Virus record (IMG/VR): IMGVR_UViG_3300025400_000011
Span: 1-64,000 of that record
Length of the DNA: 64,000 nucleotides
Source of the DNA: a virus
Direction: 5' to 3' (one strand)
Shown: in pieces, positions 28,307-39,452 of the stretch
Layout: each line of letters begins with the position of its first letter
Position numbering within the stretch: position 1 is the stretch's first letter
Notes under the pieces: generated by a model
The model's input: the letters and a program-made list of their open reading frames with translations, nothing else
Told to the model about the DNA's origin: nothing
Databases searched by the model: none
Program-made: the position numbers and the translations under genes

Positions 28307-31300
28307 ATGGCGGACAATCCGTATACACAGTACCCATCAATCGTTTATCCGCATGAACTTCCAACAGTTCCAGCGGCACAACCTAGTGATTTGCTCTTTT
28401 TGGAGCAAAATAACGGAAATGGAACCTATACAACTTACTCGATAGCTATTTCTTCAGTTTCTGCTGTTGGTCCTTCTGGTCCTACCGGTCCAACAGGTCC
28501 TATAGGTCCGCAAGGCCCTGCTGGTCCTTCTGGTCCTTCTGGCGCACAAGGTGCTCAAGGTTCACAAGGTACACAGGGTTCACAAGGTGCTCAAGGCTCA
28601 ACAGGCCCGCGCGGTATTTCTGGTTATTCAGGCGCAACAGGTACTTCAGTAACAATAGTTGGTTCAGTACCAACTGCATCAGCTTTACCTTTTCCTTATA
28701 CAGGTAATGCTGGTGATGGTTATATAGTAGAAGATACCGGTCATTTAAATGTATGGAATGGTAGTGCTTGGGTAGATGTTGGTCAAATAAAAGGAGACTC
28801 TGGTACATCTGGTTTTAGCGGCGCACAAGGTGCACAAGGCAATCAAGGTGCGTCTGGTTTTTCAGGTGCTTCTGGTTCAGCTGCCATTGGGTTAATACTT
28901 TACCCAACTACTAACTCAGCTGACATAACCCCTTATAACTTTTCTGACTCAGTACCTCAAATAGGTGCACAAGTACCTCTAGATGTAGTCTTTACTAATG
29001 CTAATGACCCTGTTGGTGTTATTAGTACTATTACACTTTCTGGTGCTCCTAATAAGTCGTTAATTAATACTGGTACCTGGTACTTTGATACGTATTATGC
29101 TTTATCAGGCCCTAATGCATATAATGCTAATACATATTTTGTTTATGTAGTAAGCAAATGGGACGATGCTACAAGCACTAAGACTTCTTTATTCTCTGCT
29201 ACAAGTGATTTCATCACTAAAACGCCTTATATTGATCCTATATTATCAAGGACACCATATTATATAAGCGTACCTATACCTTTAAATGTAACTGATCGTT
29301 TAATAGTTGAAACTTTAGCTATTACTACAGACCCAGATGCAGAAGACATAACATACATTTATTTAGGTACAGATTACTATAGTAGAGTCATTACCAACAT
29401 TGCACTTGGTGCAGATGGTAAAGATGGTGCGTCTGGTTACAGTGGTTTTACAGGCCAATCAGGTTGGTCTGGTATTTCAGGTTATAGTGGTGATTCAGGT
29501 ATATCTGGTTTTAGTGGCGATTCTGGTTTGTCTGGTGAAAGCGGTATATCGGGCTATTCAGGCTTTAGCGGTATAGACGGAGATTCTGGTTATAGTGGTT
29601 ATACAGGCTTTTCAGGCTTTAGCGGTATATCAGGTTTTAGCGGTTATACAGGTATTTCAGGCTACTCAGGCTTTACAGGTACTTCAGGTTGGTCTGGTTA
29701 TTCAGGCTACTCTGGTACTTCAGGTTGGTCTGGTTATTCAGGCTTTAGCGGTTATACAGGTATATCTGGTTACACCGGTTTTAGCGGCTTTACCGGCTTT
29801 AGCGGTTTTTCAGGCTATAGCGGTATTAGTGGTTATACTGGTACCTCTGGTATTAGCGGTTACTCAGGTTATAGTGGTATATCTGGTTACACAGGCGCTT
29901 CAGGCTATTCTGGTATTTCAGGCTACTCTGGTACATCTGGTATCAGTGGTTATTCTGGGTACTCTGGTTTTAGCGGTATATCAGGCTTTAGTGGTGGCTC
30001 AGGTATATCAGGTTATTCTGGTGTAAGCGGTTATTCTGGTTTCTCTGGCTACACCGGTATTAGTGGTTATACAGGCTTCTCTGGTTACAGTGGTATTTCT
30101 GGTTTCACGGGTTTTAGTGGTAATTCTGGTATTTCTGGTTACTCTGGTTATTCTGGCTTCTCTGGTATTTCTGGTTACTCGGGCTTTACAGGTATAAGTG
30201 GTTACACTGGTATATCTGGTTATACAGGCTTTAGCGGTATATCTGGTTACTCTGGTAAAAACGGTACTTCAGTTACTATTATTGGTACGGTACCAACTGT
30301 TGGCGGTAACCCACAAGCTACATTAAACGCAGCGTTCCCAGGTGCAGTTAATGGTAATGGTGTTATAGACGAAACATCTGGTGACTTATGGGTATATGCA
30401 AATGGTACCTGGACTAATGTTGGTCAAATAAAAGGCGACACCGGTGCACAAGGTGCGCAAGGTAATTCAGGCTTTAGCGGCTTTAGCGGTATTAGTGGTT
30501 ACAGCGGCATAAGCGGTTATAGTGGTATTTCAGGCTTTAGCGGCGATTCTGGTATCAGCGGCTATACAGGCTTTAGCGGTATATCAGGCTTTTCTGGTAT
30601 ATCTGGTTATAGTGGTTATTCTGGTATTTCTGGTTACACAGGTATCTCTGGTTTTAGCGGTACATCTGGTTTTAGCGGTATTAGCGGTTATTCTGGTTTC
30701 TCAGGCTACTCTGGTATAAGCGGTTATAGCGGTAACTCCGGTATATCTGGTTATACAGGCTTTAGCGGTGGCTCTGGTATTAGTGGTTTCTCGGGTTATA
30801 GCGGTTTAAGCGGCTATACCGGTACTTCTGGTATTTCAGGTTATAGCGGCTTTACAGGTGTCTCAGGTTATACTGGTTGGTCAGGTTACTCTGGTATTAC
30901 TGGTTACTCTGGTACTTCTGGTTTCTCTGGGTTTAGCGGTTTTAGCGGCATTTCAGGCTACTCCGGCTTTAGCGGTATTAGCGGTTTCAGCGGTATTAGT
31001 GGCTTTAGCGGTGACTCTGGTATTTCAGGCTGGTCTGGCGATTCTGGCATTTCAGGCTATAGTGGTTTTAGCGGTACTTCAGGCTACAGTGGTGACTCTA
31101 CACCTGGTGTAGTATTATACCCAACTACTTTAACTTCTGATGTTGTAGGTTACAACTATATTGGACCTGATGCACAAAACGGAGCTGAAACATATGTTGA
31201 TTGTATATTTAATACAACTCAAAACCCAGCACCTGTTCTATTAACTGTAACCTTATCAGGCTATCCTTTAAGAGGTGTAATCAATACAGGCAACTGGTAC

Positions 31301-32878
31301 TTTGATACTTGGTATTCATTATCAGGTCCAAATGCATATAATGCACAAACTTATTTTACGTATATTGTAAGTACCCTTGATGTAAGCGGTAATAAGACTC
31401 AACTGTTCTCAGTAATGAGTGATCAGTTAGTTAAAACACCAAACCCAACTTACATTCGTACTCAATACTATATAGACAATGCTATATACATTAATACTTC
31501 TGACCGTATTGTAATAGATATACGTGGTTATACTACAGACACTCAAACAGAAGTCTTAACATACTATTTCTTAGGTACTACACATTATAGTAGTGTTATA
31601 ACTAATATACCTTTTGGTTTCAGTGGTCAATCTGGTTATTCTGGCTTTAGTGGTTTCTCAGGCTGGACCGGTTATAGCGGCTTCTCTGGTTTCTCTGGTA
31701 CTTCAGGTTTTAGCGGCTTTACTGGTTACTCAGGTTTCTCCGGTATAAACGGCATTAACGGTGCTTCAGGTTATACAGGCTTTAGTGGTTATACAGGCTT
31801 TAGCGGTTTTAGTGGTATATCAGGCTTTACTGGCTTCTCAGGCTATAGCGGTATAAGCGGTTTTACAGGCTTTAGTGGTTTCTCAGGTTATAGCGGCTTT
31901 AGCGGTACATCAGGTTATTCTGGTGTAAACGGTACTTCAGTTACTATTATCGGTACAGTACCGACTGTTGGTGCTAATGCACAAGCTACTTTAAATGCTG
32001 CTTACCCATCAGCTGTAAACGGTAACGGTGTCATTGACGAAACAACTGGTGATTTATGGGTATACGCTAACGGTACTTGGACTGATGTCGGTCAAGTAAA
32101 GGGTGATAAAGGTGATTCTGGTACCTCAGGTTGGTCTGGTATATCAGGTTTTTCTGGTCAATCAGGCTTCTCTGGTTTCTCAGGCTTTAGCGGTGACCCT
32201 GTTAACATTTCTAGTCAGTTAATAATGGCTACTAACTCGTTTAGCGCTGGTCAAGTACTAAGACTAAACTACGGAGACGGTTTATGGTACCTAGCTCAAG
32301 CTAATAACGTTGTAAATGCTGAAGCAACTGGTGTAGTAGAATATGCTACTTCGAGTCTATTCTATATTGTATATAACGGATTAATAACTTTCAACACTTC
32401 TGATATTAATAACTTAGTACCAGGGGATTGCTTATTCCTTTCACCAACAGTTGCTGGTGCTACAACTTCAGATAATGTAAGTGCATTAAACACAGTTTCA
32501 AAACCAATAATGCGCGCTGTTTCAAGCAACGTTGCAGTAGTTGTTAATGAACGTGGCATATTAAACACTAGCGATAATGTTCTTAACTCTTATGTTCCGG
32601 CAACATATGTAACAAATGCCTACTATACAGCTACACCTAGTGATTACTTTATCGGAGTAAATGTAGGGGGTCAAGCAACAGTTACACTACCGGTTGGTAC
32701 ACCAGGTAAGACATACACCATTAAGGATATGTCAGGAAATGCTAACACAACAACAAATCTTATTACTATATCCGCAACAAACCCAGATCTGATTGATGGA
32801 AGCACGTTTGATGTGATCGATACACCTTACGAAACAGTTTCTGTAATATATATTGGAGGTATGTGGAATTTAGTTTAA
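28307..32878 (+). CDS. Fibre protein 1: Gly-X-Ser/Thr repeats with two beta-sandwich-like domains, three small knobs and C-terminal globular domains
   Basis: 1523 aa. Short GPT/GAQ collagen stretch followed by long SGY/SGF/SGI tracts. Duplicated LYPTT..WYFDT..LSGPNAYNA domain (about 28890-29410 and 31103-31612). Confidence 0.75.
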   Translation: MADNPYTQYPSIVYPHELPTVPAAQPSDLLFLEQNNGNGTYTTYSIAISSVSAVGPSGPTGPTGPIGPQGPAGPSGPSGAQGAQGSQGTQGSQGAQGSTGPRGISGYSGATGTSVTIVGSVPTASALPFPYTGNAGDGYIVEDTGHLNVWNGSAWVDVGQIKGDSGTSGFSGAQGAQGNQGASGFSGASGSAAIGLILYPTTNSADITPYNFSDSVPQIGAQVPLDVVFTNANDPVGVISTITLSGAPNKSLINTGTWYFDTYYALSGPNAYNANTYFVYVVSKWDDATSTKTSLFSATSDFITKTPYIDPILSRTPYYISVPIPLNVTDRLIVETLAITTDPDAEDITYIYLGTDYYSRVITNIALGADGKDGASGYSGFTGQSGWSGISGYSGDSGISGFSGDSGLSGESGISGYSGFSGIDGDSGYSGYTGFSGFSGISGFSGYTGISGYSGFTGTSGWSGYSGYSGTSGWSGYSGFSGYTGISGYTGFSGFTGFSGFSGYSGISGYTGTSGISGYSGYSGISGYTGASGYSGISGYSGTSGISGYSGYSGFSGISGFSGGSGISGYSGVSGYSGFSGYTGISGYTGFSGYSGISGFTGFSGNSGISGYSGYSGFSGISGYSGFTGISGYTGISGYTGFSGISGYSGKNGTSVTIIGTVPTVGGNPQATLNAAFPGAVNGNGVIDETSGDLWVYANGTWTNVGQIKGDTGAQGAQGNSGFSGFSGISGYSGISGYSGISGFSGDSGISGYTGFSGISGFSGISGYSGYSGISGYTGISGFSGTSGFSGISGYSGFSGYSGISGYSGNSGISGYTGFSGGSGISGFSGYSGLSGYTGTSGISGYSGFTGVSGYTGWSGYSGITGYSGTSGFSGFSGFSGISGYSGFSGISGFSGISGFSGDSGISGWSGDSGISGYSGFSGTSGYSGDSTPGVVLYPTTLTSDVVGYNYIGPDAQNGAETYVDCIFNTTQNPAPVLLTVTLSGYPLRGVINTGNWYFDTWYSLSGPNAYNAQTYFTYIVSTLDVSGNKTQLFSVMSDQLVKTPNPTYIRTQYYIDNAIYINTSDRIVIDIRGYTTDTQTEVLTYYFLGTTHYSSVITNIPFGFSGQSGYSGFSGFSGWTGYSGFSGFSGTSGFSGFTGYSGFSGINGINGASGYTGFSGYTGFSGFSGISGFTGFSGYSGISGFTGFSGFSGYSGFSGTSGYSGVNGTSVTIIGTVPTVGANAQATLNAAYPSAVNGNGVIDETTGDLWVYANGTWTDVGQVKGDKGDSGTSGWSGISGFSGQSGFSGFSGFSGDPVNISSQLIMATNSFSAGQVLRLNYGDGLWYLAQANNVVNAEATGVVEYATSSLFYIVYNGLITFNTSDINNLVPGDCLFLSPTVAGATTSDNVSALNTVSKPIMRAVSSNVAVVVNERGILNTSDNVLNSYVPATYVTNAYYTATPSDYFIGVNVGGQATVTLPVGTPGKTYTIKDMSGNANTTTNLITISATNPDLIDGSTFDVIDTPYETVSVIYIGGMWNLV

Positions 32879-32905
32879 AAACACTCTCAAAACCTGCTAA
32901 AGAAA

Positions 32906-32913
32906 TATAAATA
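32906..32913 (+). promoter_or_regulatory. T4-type late promoter TATAAATA
   Basis: Exact consensus in the intergenic gap before 32934. Confidence 0.7.
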
Positions 32914-32933
32914 TTAACAAATAACAAACTACT

Positions 32934-35900
32934 ATGGCAAATTCATTCGTCTACTCAGCAATTAGAGGTGCATCCGGCTTTTCCGGCTTCAGCGGGCAAA
33001 TAGGTACGTCCGGTTGGTCAGGTATATCTGGTTATTCTGGTGCATCAGGTGCCATAGGCCAATCAGGCTACTCCGGTATCTCTGGTTATTCAGGCTTTAG
33101 TGGCTTCTCAGGTTGGTCTGGTATAAGCGGCTATAGTGGTTTTACAGGTATTTCAGGTTTTAGTGGTATCAGTGGTTATAGTGGTTTCACTGGTATTTCT
33201 GGTTATACTGGTATTAGTGGTTACACTGGTATAAGCGGCTTTAGCGGCTTTACAGGTATTAGTGGTTGGTCTGGTATTTCCGGTTACTCTGGCTTCACAG
33301 GTATTTCTGGTTATTCAGGCTTTACTGGTATTTCAGGTTATTCAGGCTTTACAGGTATTAGCGGTTTTAGTGGTATTAGTGGCTACTCCGGCTTTTCAGG
33401 CTTTACTGGTATCTCAGGTTTTACAGGTATCAGTGGTTATTCCGGCTTTACCGGTATTTCAGGTTATTCTGGCTTCTCTGGTATAAGCGGTTTTACAGGT
33501 ATTTCTGGTTGGTCTGGTTATTCTGGTATTAGCGGTTTTAGCGGCTTTACCGGTATTTCAGGTTATTCTGGCTTCTCAGGCTTTACCGGTATTTCAGGTT
33601 GGTCAGGTATTTCTGGCTACTCCGGCTTTACAGGCATAAGCGGTTACAGCGGCTTTACAGGTATTTCAGGTTATACTGGTATATCTGGTTTTACAGGTAT
33701 TTCTGGTTTCAGCGGTATTAGCGGTTGGTCAGGTATTTCTGGTTATTCCGGCTTCACTGGTATAAGCGGTTATTCCGGCTTCACTGGTATTTCAGGTTAT
33801 ACCGGTATTAGCGGTTATAGTGGTATTAGCGGCTATAGTGGTTTTACAGGTATTTCAGGTTATACTGGTATATCTGGTTACAGCGGCTTTACAGGCTTTA
33901 GCGGTTATTCTGGCTTTACTGGTATTAGCGGTTACTCTGGCTTTACTGGTATTTCAGGTTATACAGGTTTCTCTGGTATCTCTGGTGGTACCGGTGCATC
34001 CATTTACGGTAGAACGTACTACCTACAAGAAGTAACAAGTGATCAAAACCCAACAGTATTTGAAGTAATGTCGTTAGTACCAGGCGGTGGTGGTACAGAT
34101 GTAAACGACGACGTATTAGCTCTTAACTCTACCACAGCAGGTCCAGGTAGCCCAAGCGCTTACGGTTGGTACTTAACACCAATTGGGGAACCAGGCTTAG
34201 TTGAAATTCCAGCTGGTTTGTGGGAATTCGATTTCTATCGTAACGTTTCTGCTAGCGCAGCAAACTTTGTTATTAGCGTATATAGTTACTCAATGGCTAC
34301 AAGCGCTACTAGCGCATTCATCTTAAGTGCTGATTCAGGCCCTGTTACAGATACAGTTTCAACTTTCCAAAAATTAGGTTACGTTACAAGCACGATTACA
34401 AAACTTTCTGCAACAGATCGTATCTTATTACAAGTTGCAGCTTACACAACAAGTACAGCAACAATTAGCGCTTCATACCATTACAATGGTAGTTCGATAT
34501 ATTCCGCTTTACGTACTCCAATCGGTCAAGGTGTTAGTGGTACATCTGGTTATTCCGGTATTGGTACTTCTGGTTACTCTGGTTTTAGCGGTATATCTGG
34601 TTTTACTGGTATCAGTGGTTTCAGCGGTATCAGTGGCTGGTCTGGTATTTCAGGCTACTCCGGCTTTAGCGGTATATCAGGTTATACAGGTATATCAGGT
34701 TATAGCGGTATTAGCGGTTACTCAGGCTTTACTGGTATTTCAGGTTACACTGGTATTAGCGGTTATAGCGGTATTTCAGGCTTTAGCGGCTTTACCGGTA
34801 TTAGCGGTTTTAGCGGTATTAGCGGTTGGTCTGGTATCTCAGGCTACAGCGGCTTTACCGGTATTTCAGGTTATACTGGTATCAGTGGTTTCACAGGTAT
34901 TTCAGGTTATTCTGGTATCAGTGGCTACAGTGGCTTTACAGGTATAAGCGGTTATTCAGGCTTTACCGGTATATCAGGTTATAGCGGCTTCACTGGTATT
35001 TCAGGTTACACAGGTACATCTGGCTACTCTGGTTATAGCGGCTTTACAGGTATAAGCGGTTATTCAGGCTTTACTGGTATATCAGGTTACTCCGGCTTTA
35101 GCGGCTTTACAGGTATAAGCGGTTACTCAGGCTTTACTGGTATATCAGGTTTCTCTGGTATCAGTGGCTATAGTGGCTTTACCGGTGTATCTGGTTTCAC
35201 TGGTATATCAGGTTTCTCTGGTATTAGTGGTTGGTCTGGTATTTCAGGCTACTCTGGCTTTACAGGTATTAGCGGTTACTCTGGTTTCAGTGGCTTCACT
35301 GGTATTAGTGGTTACTCAGGCTTTACCGGTATATCTGGTTACTCTGGTATTAGTGGCTATAGTGGCTTTACTGGTATATCGGGTTATACAGGTATAAGTG
35401 GTTTCAGTGGCTTTACCGGTATTAGCGGTTTCAGTGGTATTTCAGGCTTCAGTGGTTACACTGGTATGTCTGGTGCTACAACAAATATTTCAAGTCAAGT
35501 CATTACATACACGAACAGCTTTAGCGCTGGTCAAGTAGTACGTCTTGACAACGGTTCAAGCGGTTGGTTCTTAGCTCAAGCAGACAATGTAACAGATGCA
35601 GAAGCAACAGGTGTTGTCGCATCAGCTTCAGCTACAGGCTTCACCATTATATACATGGGCTTGATTACAAATCTTGCAAGCTTAACTCCTGGTGAATGTT
35701 ACTTCTTATCACCAACAGTTGCAGGTGCTGTAACAACAGTTGCTCCAAGTGCTTTTGGTACAGTATCGAAACCGGTCATGAGAGCTATTACATCTTCAAC
35801 AGCTGTAGTAGTAAATGAACGTGGTTATCTAAACTCTGATAACGCGTTGTTACTATATCCAAACGTACAAGGTGTACGTCTAGTAACAAGCAACCCATAC

Positions 35901-36152
35901 GTTGTACAATCAACTGACGAATATATCGGTATTAACGTTGCTACTCCAACCACTGTTTATCTACCAGCAATCGCAGGTATACAACAGGGCTTGTATGTAA
36001 CTATTAAAGATGAATCTGGTAATGCTAAGACAAACAACATTACATTATCTGGTGCAGGCGTAACCGTTGATGGTCAAGCTACTTACTTGTTAAACTACAA
36101 CTACGAAGCTGTATCATTAATATACAACGGCACTAACTGGTTTATCATATAA
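32934..36152 (+). CDS. Fibre protein 2: two Gly-X-Ser/Thr arms around a central globular domain
   Basis: 1072 aa. Arms about 32960-34001 and 34530-35478. C-terminal domains are paralogous to fibre 1. Confidence 0.75.
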   Translation: MANSFVYSAIRGASGFSGFSGQIGTSGWSGISGYSGASGAIGQSGYSGISGYSGFSGFSGWSGISGYSGFTGISGFSGISGYSGFTGISGYTGISGYTGISGFSGFTGISGWSGISGYSGFTGISGYSGFTGISGYSGFTGISGFSGISGYSGFSGFTGISGFTGISGYSGFTGISGYSGFSGISGFTGISGWSGYSGISGFSGFTGISGYSGFSGFTGISGWSGISGYSGFTGISGYSGFTGISGYTGISGFTGISGFSGISGWSGISGYSGFTGISGYSGFTGISGYTGISGYSGISGYSGFTGISGYTGISGYSGFTGFSGYSGFTGISGYSGFTGISGYTGFSGISGGTGASIYGRTYYLQEVTSDQNPTVFEVMSLVPGGGGTDVNDDVLALNSTTAGPGSPSAYGWYLTPIGEPGLVEIPAGLWEFDFYRNVSASAANFVISVYSYSMATSATSAFILSADSGPVTDTVSTFQKLGYVTSTITKLSATDRILLQVAAYTTSTATISASYHYNGSSIYSALRTPIGQGVSGTSGYSGIGTSGYSGFSGISGFTGISGFSGISGWSGISGYSGFSGISGYTGISGYSGISGYSGFTGISGYTGISGYSGISGFSGFTGISGFSGISGWSGISGYSGFTGISGYTGISGFTGISGYSGISGYSGFTGISGYSGFTGISGYSGFTGISGYTGTSGYSGYSGFTGISGYSGFTGISGYSGFSGFTGISGYSGFTGISGFSGISGYSGFTGVSGFTGISGFSGISGWSGISGYSGFTGISGYSGFSGFTGISGYSGFTGISGYSGISGYSGFTGISGYTGISGFSGFTGISGFSGISGFSGYTGMSGATTNISSQVITYTNSFSAGQVVRLDNGSSGWFLAQADNVTDAEATGVVASASATGFTIIYMGLITNLASLTPGECYFLSPTVAGAVTTVAPSAFGTVSKPVMRAITSSTAVVVNERGYLNSDNALLLYPNVQGVRLVTSNPYVVQSTDEYIGINVATPTTVYLPAIAGIQQGLYVTIKDESGNAKTNNITLSGAGVTVDGQATYLLNYNYEAVSLIYNGTNWFII

Positions 36153-36156
36153 AGTG

Positions 36157-36164
36157 TATAAATA
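36157..36164 (+). promoter_or_regulatory. T4-type late promoter TATAAATA
   Basis: Exact consensus in the intergenic gap before 36183. Confidence 0.7.
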
Positions 36165-36182
36165 TTATTGCTTAAATGAATC

Positions 36183-39100
36183 ATGAGCAATACATTTGTA
36201 TACACAGCAATTAAAGGACAATCCGGTTTTTCAGGCGCGCAAGGTGTAGCAGGAGCTACAGGCACTTCTGGTTATTCCGGTATCTCTGGTTATACAGGTA
36301 TTAGCGGCTTCACTGGTATATCCGGTTATAGCGGCTTTACCGGCACTTCCGGTTACTCTGGTTTCACAGGTATATCTGGTTTTACAGGTATATCTGGCTA
36401 TACTGGCTTTTCAGGTATATCCGGTTATACAGGTATATCTGGCTATTCTGGTATCTCAGGCTTTAGCGGTTTTACTGGTATTAGCGGTTATAGTGGTTTT
36501 TCTGGCTTTACAGGCATCTCTGGCTATACCGGTGTAAGTGGTTACAGCGGTTTTAGTGGAACAAGCGGCTACTCTGGTATTTCAGGTTATTCAGGCTTTA
36601 CAGGTATATCTGGTTATACAGGTATATCTGGTTATTCAGGCTATTCAGGCTTTAGCGGTTTTTCAGGTATTAGCGGTTATTCCGGCTTTAGCGGTTTTAC
36701 AGGTATCAGTGGTTATTCAGGCTTTACTGGTATATCAGGCTTCACTGGTATAAGCGGTTACTCTGGTTTTTCTAGCTTTAGTGGTTATAGTGGTTTCTCT
36801 GGTGTATCTGGTCCAACAGGTGCTTCTATATACGGTAGAACATATTTTTTTAATGAAACCAATAGTGACCAACCTGCTTATGAAACAATTGCATTGACAC
36901 CGGGTGGTGGTGGGGTTACTCAATATGATGATGTTGCTTATGTTAACAGTACTAATAGTAATGCTTATAGTGCACAATCAATAGGTGGTTATTTAACTCC
37001 TATTGGAGAGCCAGGTATTGCAGAAATACCAGCTGGTATTTGGGACATTGAATGGTTTTATCAAGTAGGCGCGGGTGCAACAACACCAAACCCTTCTGCA
37101 GGCTTTGTATTTAGTTTGTATAGCTATTCAATGGCTACAAGCTCAACTAGTGCATTTATTTTAAGTGCAGATACAGGAGCAGTGTTTACAACAGCTGCAA
37201 CACCAACATATACTAAGTTTAGTTATGTAACAAGTAATATTACTTTACTTTCAGCTACAGATAGAATACTTGTTAATGTAGGAATGTATTCACCGAATAC
37301 ACAAACAGTATCGGCTACATTTATATATAATGGTGCAACTAATTATTCTGTAATTAGAACTCCAATCGGTCAAGGTGTATCTGGTGCTTCTGGTTATTCT
37401 GGTGTTGGTACTTCAGGTTATTCAGGCTTTACTGGTATATCTGGTTTTACAGGTATTTCTGGCTATAGCGGTTTTTCTGGTGCTAAAGGCTCTACAGGTA
37501 CATCTGGTTATAGCGGCTTTACAGGTATTTCTGGTTATACAGGTATATCAGGTTATAGCGGTATAAGCGGTTACTCAGGCTTTACAGGTATAAGCGGTTA
37601 TTCAGGCTTTAGCGGTTTTACTGGTATATCTGGTTACTCAGGTATTTCTGGTTGGTCTGGCTTCACTGGTATATCAGGCTTTACTGGTATTTCAGGCTAT
37701 AGTGGTTTTAGTGGTATAAGCGGTTACACCGGTATATCTGGCTATAGTGGTATCAGTGGTTTCTCAGGTTTTACAGGCATAAGTGGTTATACCGGTATAT
37801 CAGGCTATTCTGGTATTAGTGGTTTTTCAGGCTTTACAGGTATATCAGGCTTTACAGGTATTTCTGGTTACTCTGGTTTTACAGGTGTATCAGGCTATAG
37901 CGGCTTTACTGGTATTTCCGGTTATACTGGTATATCAGGTTATTCTGGCTTCTCTGGTTCTGCTGGGGTTTCCGGTTTTAGTGGTATATCTGGTTTTTCT
38001 GGTACAAGCGGTTTAAATGCTACTAATGTAAACGTAACATACAGCAACTCTTTTAGTCCAGGCAATGTTATATACAAAACTTCTGGTGGTTATGCTTTAG
38101 CACAAGCAAATGCAGCTTCTACATCAGATATTATTGGTGTTGTAATAAGTGCAACAGGTACATCATTTCAGTATGTAGCTAACGGCTACACTTCAGGCTT
38201 TACCGGTATTGTAGACGCTGCACAATACTATCTTTCAGATACTACAGCAGGTCTAATGACCACAACACCTCCTTCAGCTATTGGTTCTATTATTAAACCA
38301 GTAATGATTGGTATAGGTACTACAGCTGGTCTAATAGTTGAGTATCCTGGTTCACAGATTCAGGCTGCTAATGCAAATTCTGGTTATTCTGGTTTTTCCG
38401 GTGCAGGACAATCTGGTTACAGTGGTTTTTCTGGCTTAAAAGGCTCAACAGGCGCTCAAGGTTCTACAGGTAGTACTGGTACATCTGGTTATTCGGGCTT
38501 TAGCGGAACTAATGGTACAAATGGTACTAACGGTACTTCTGGTTATTCAGGCTTTAGTGGTACAAATGGTACTAACGGTACTTCTGGTTACTCTGGTTTT
38601 ACAGGCATATCTGGTTATAGCGGTTTTTCAGGCTTTTCTGGAGCATTTGCAGGTAGTACAGGTACTACAAATTATGTAGCTAAGTTTACAGGTACGAATT
38701 CATTAGGCACAGGCTTAATATACGACAATGGTACTAATGTTGGTGTTGGTCTAACAGCTCCTAATACAAGCTTACAAATAAATAACAATGGTACTTACGC
38801 TACGACCGGTAATATGAATACCGGTATAGTTGTAGGTAATAACACTAGCGGAGCAGCTCTCAACTCTGGTGCATATGATTCAGGTACTACTACGACTTCT
38901 TATGGCTGGTTTAATACTGGTTATGCCAATAATGCTAATATAGGCGTTTCTATGATTTTTGCTGCAGGTGGTACCGAAAAAATGCGTATTACTACTGGTG
39001 GTAATGTCGGTATCGGTACGACTGCACCTAGCGGTACACTTACAGTTGCTGGTTCTTTGTCAGCTAAAACAGCAAGTATAGCTCAAAACTTTACAGTGGA

Positions 39101-39452
39101 TGTTAACGGTAACGCTACTGCTGTATCGTTTACTTCAACATCTTCTAAAGTTGGTAAGACAAATATCAGACCATTATCATCTTTTATTGTAGATCCATTA
39201 GCAACTACTCAATTATTAAATGCAGTCGTGTATGATAGTTTAATTGATGTATCCGCTACTAACGAAATTGGTTTTATTGCAGAAGATGTATTACCAGTAC
39301 TACCAGCTGTAGTTTCCACAGAAGGAGATGTAGTTGTTGGTATTGATTATAGCCGTATAACAGCTCTTCTTACTGAAGCAGTTAAAGCACAACAAGTACA
39401 AATAAACAACCTAAATATATTAATAACGCAATTAAGTGCAAGATTAAGTTAA
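36183..39452 (+). CDS. Fibre protein 3 with C-terminal S74-type intramolecular chaperone
   Basis: Gly-X-S/T arms, shared central domain, EKMRITTGGNVGIGTTAP fibre motif, and TSSKVGKTNI..IGFIAEDV..V.P.VV..IDYSRITALL.EAVK. Confidence 0.8.
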   Translation: MSNTFVYTAIKGQSGFSGAQGVAGATGTSGYSGISGYTGISGFTGISGYSGFTGTSGYSGFTGISGFTGISGYTGFSGISGYTGISGYSGISGFSGFTGISGYSGFSGFTGISGYTGVSGYSGFSGTSGYSGISGYSGFTGISGYTGISGYSGYSGFSGFSGISGYSGFSGFTGISGYSGFTGISGFTGISGYSGFSSFSGYSGFSGVSGPTGASIYGRTYFFNETNSDQPAYETIALTPGGGGVTQYDDVAYVNSTNSNAYSAQSIGGYLTPIGEPGIAEIPAGIWDIEWFYQVGAGATTPNPSAGFVFSLYSYSMATSSTSAFILSADTGAVFTTAATPTYTKFSYVTSNITLLSATDRILVNVGMYSPNTQTVSATFIYNGATNYSVIRTPIGQGVSGASGYSGVGTSGYSGFTGISGFTGISGYSGFSGAKGSTGTSGYSGFTGISGYTGISGYSGISGYSGFTGISGYSGFSGFTGISGYSGISGWSGFTGISGFTGISGYSGFSGISGYTGISGYSGISGFSGFTGISGYTGISGYSGISGFSGFTGISGFTGISGYSGFTGVSGYSGFTGISGYTGISGYSGFSGSAGVSGFSGISGFSGTSGLNATNVNVTYSNSFSPGNVIYKTSGGYALAQANAASTSDIIGVVISATGTSFQYVANGYTSGFTGIVDAAQYYLSDTTAGLMTTTPPSAIGSIIKPVMIGIGTTAGLIVEYPGSQIQAANANSGYSGFSGAGQSGYSGFSGLKGSTGAQGSTGSTGTSGYSGFSGTNGTNGTNGTSGYSGFSGTNGTNGTSGYSGFTGISGYSGFSGFSGAFAGSTGTTNYVAKFTGTNSLGTGLIYDNGTNVGVGLTAPNTSLQINNNGTYATTGNMNTGIVVGNNTSGAALNSGAYDSGTTTTSYGWFNTGYANNANIGVSMIFAAGGTEKMRITTGGNVGIGTTAPSGTLTVAGSLSAKTASIAQNFTVDVNGNATAVSFTSTSSKVGKTNIRPLSSFIVDPLATTQLLNAVVYDSLIDVSATNEIGFIAEDVLPVLPAVVSTEGDVVVGIDYSRITALLTEAVKAQQVQINNLNILITQLSARLS

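Noticed and set aside
33015-35234. Mirror symmetry of Trp positions in fibre 2 arms
   Set aside because: Distances from the central domain (276, 402, 492, 735, 888, 987 versus 108, 297, 702 nt) do not match convincingly.
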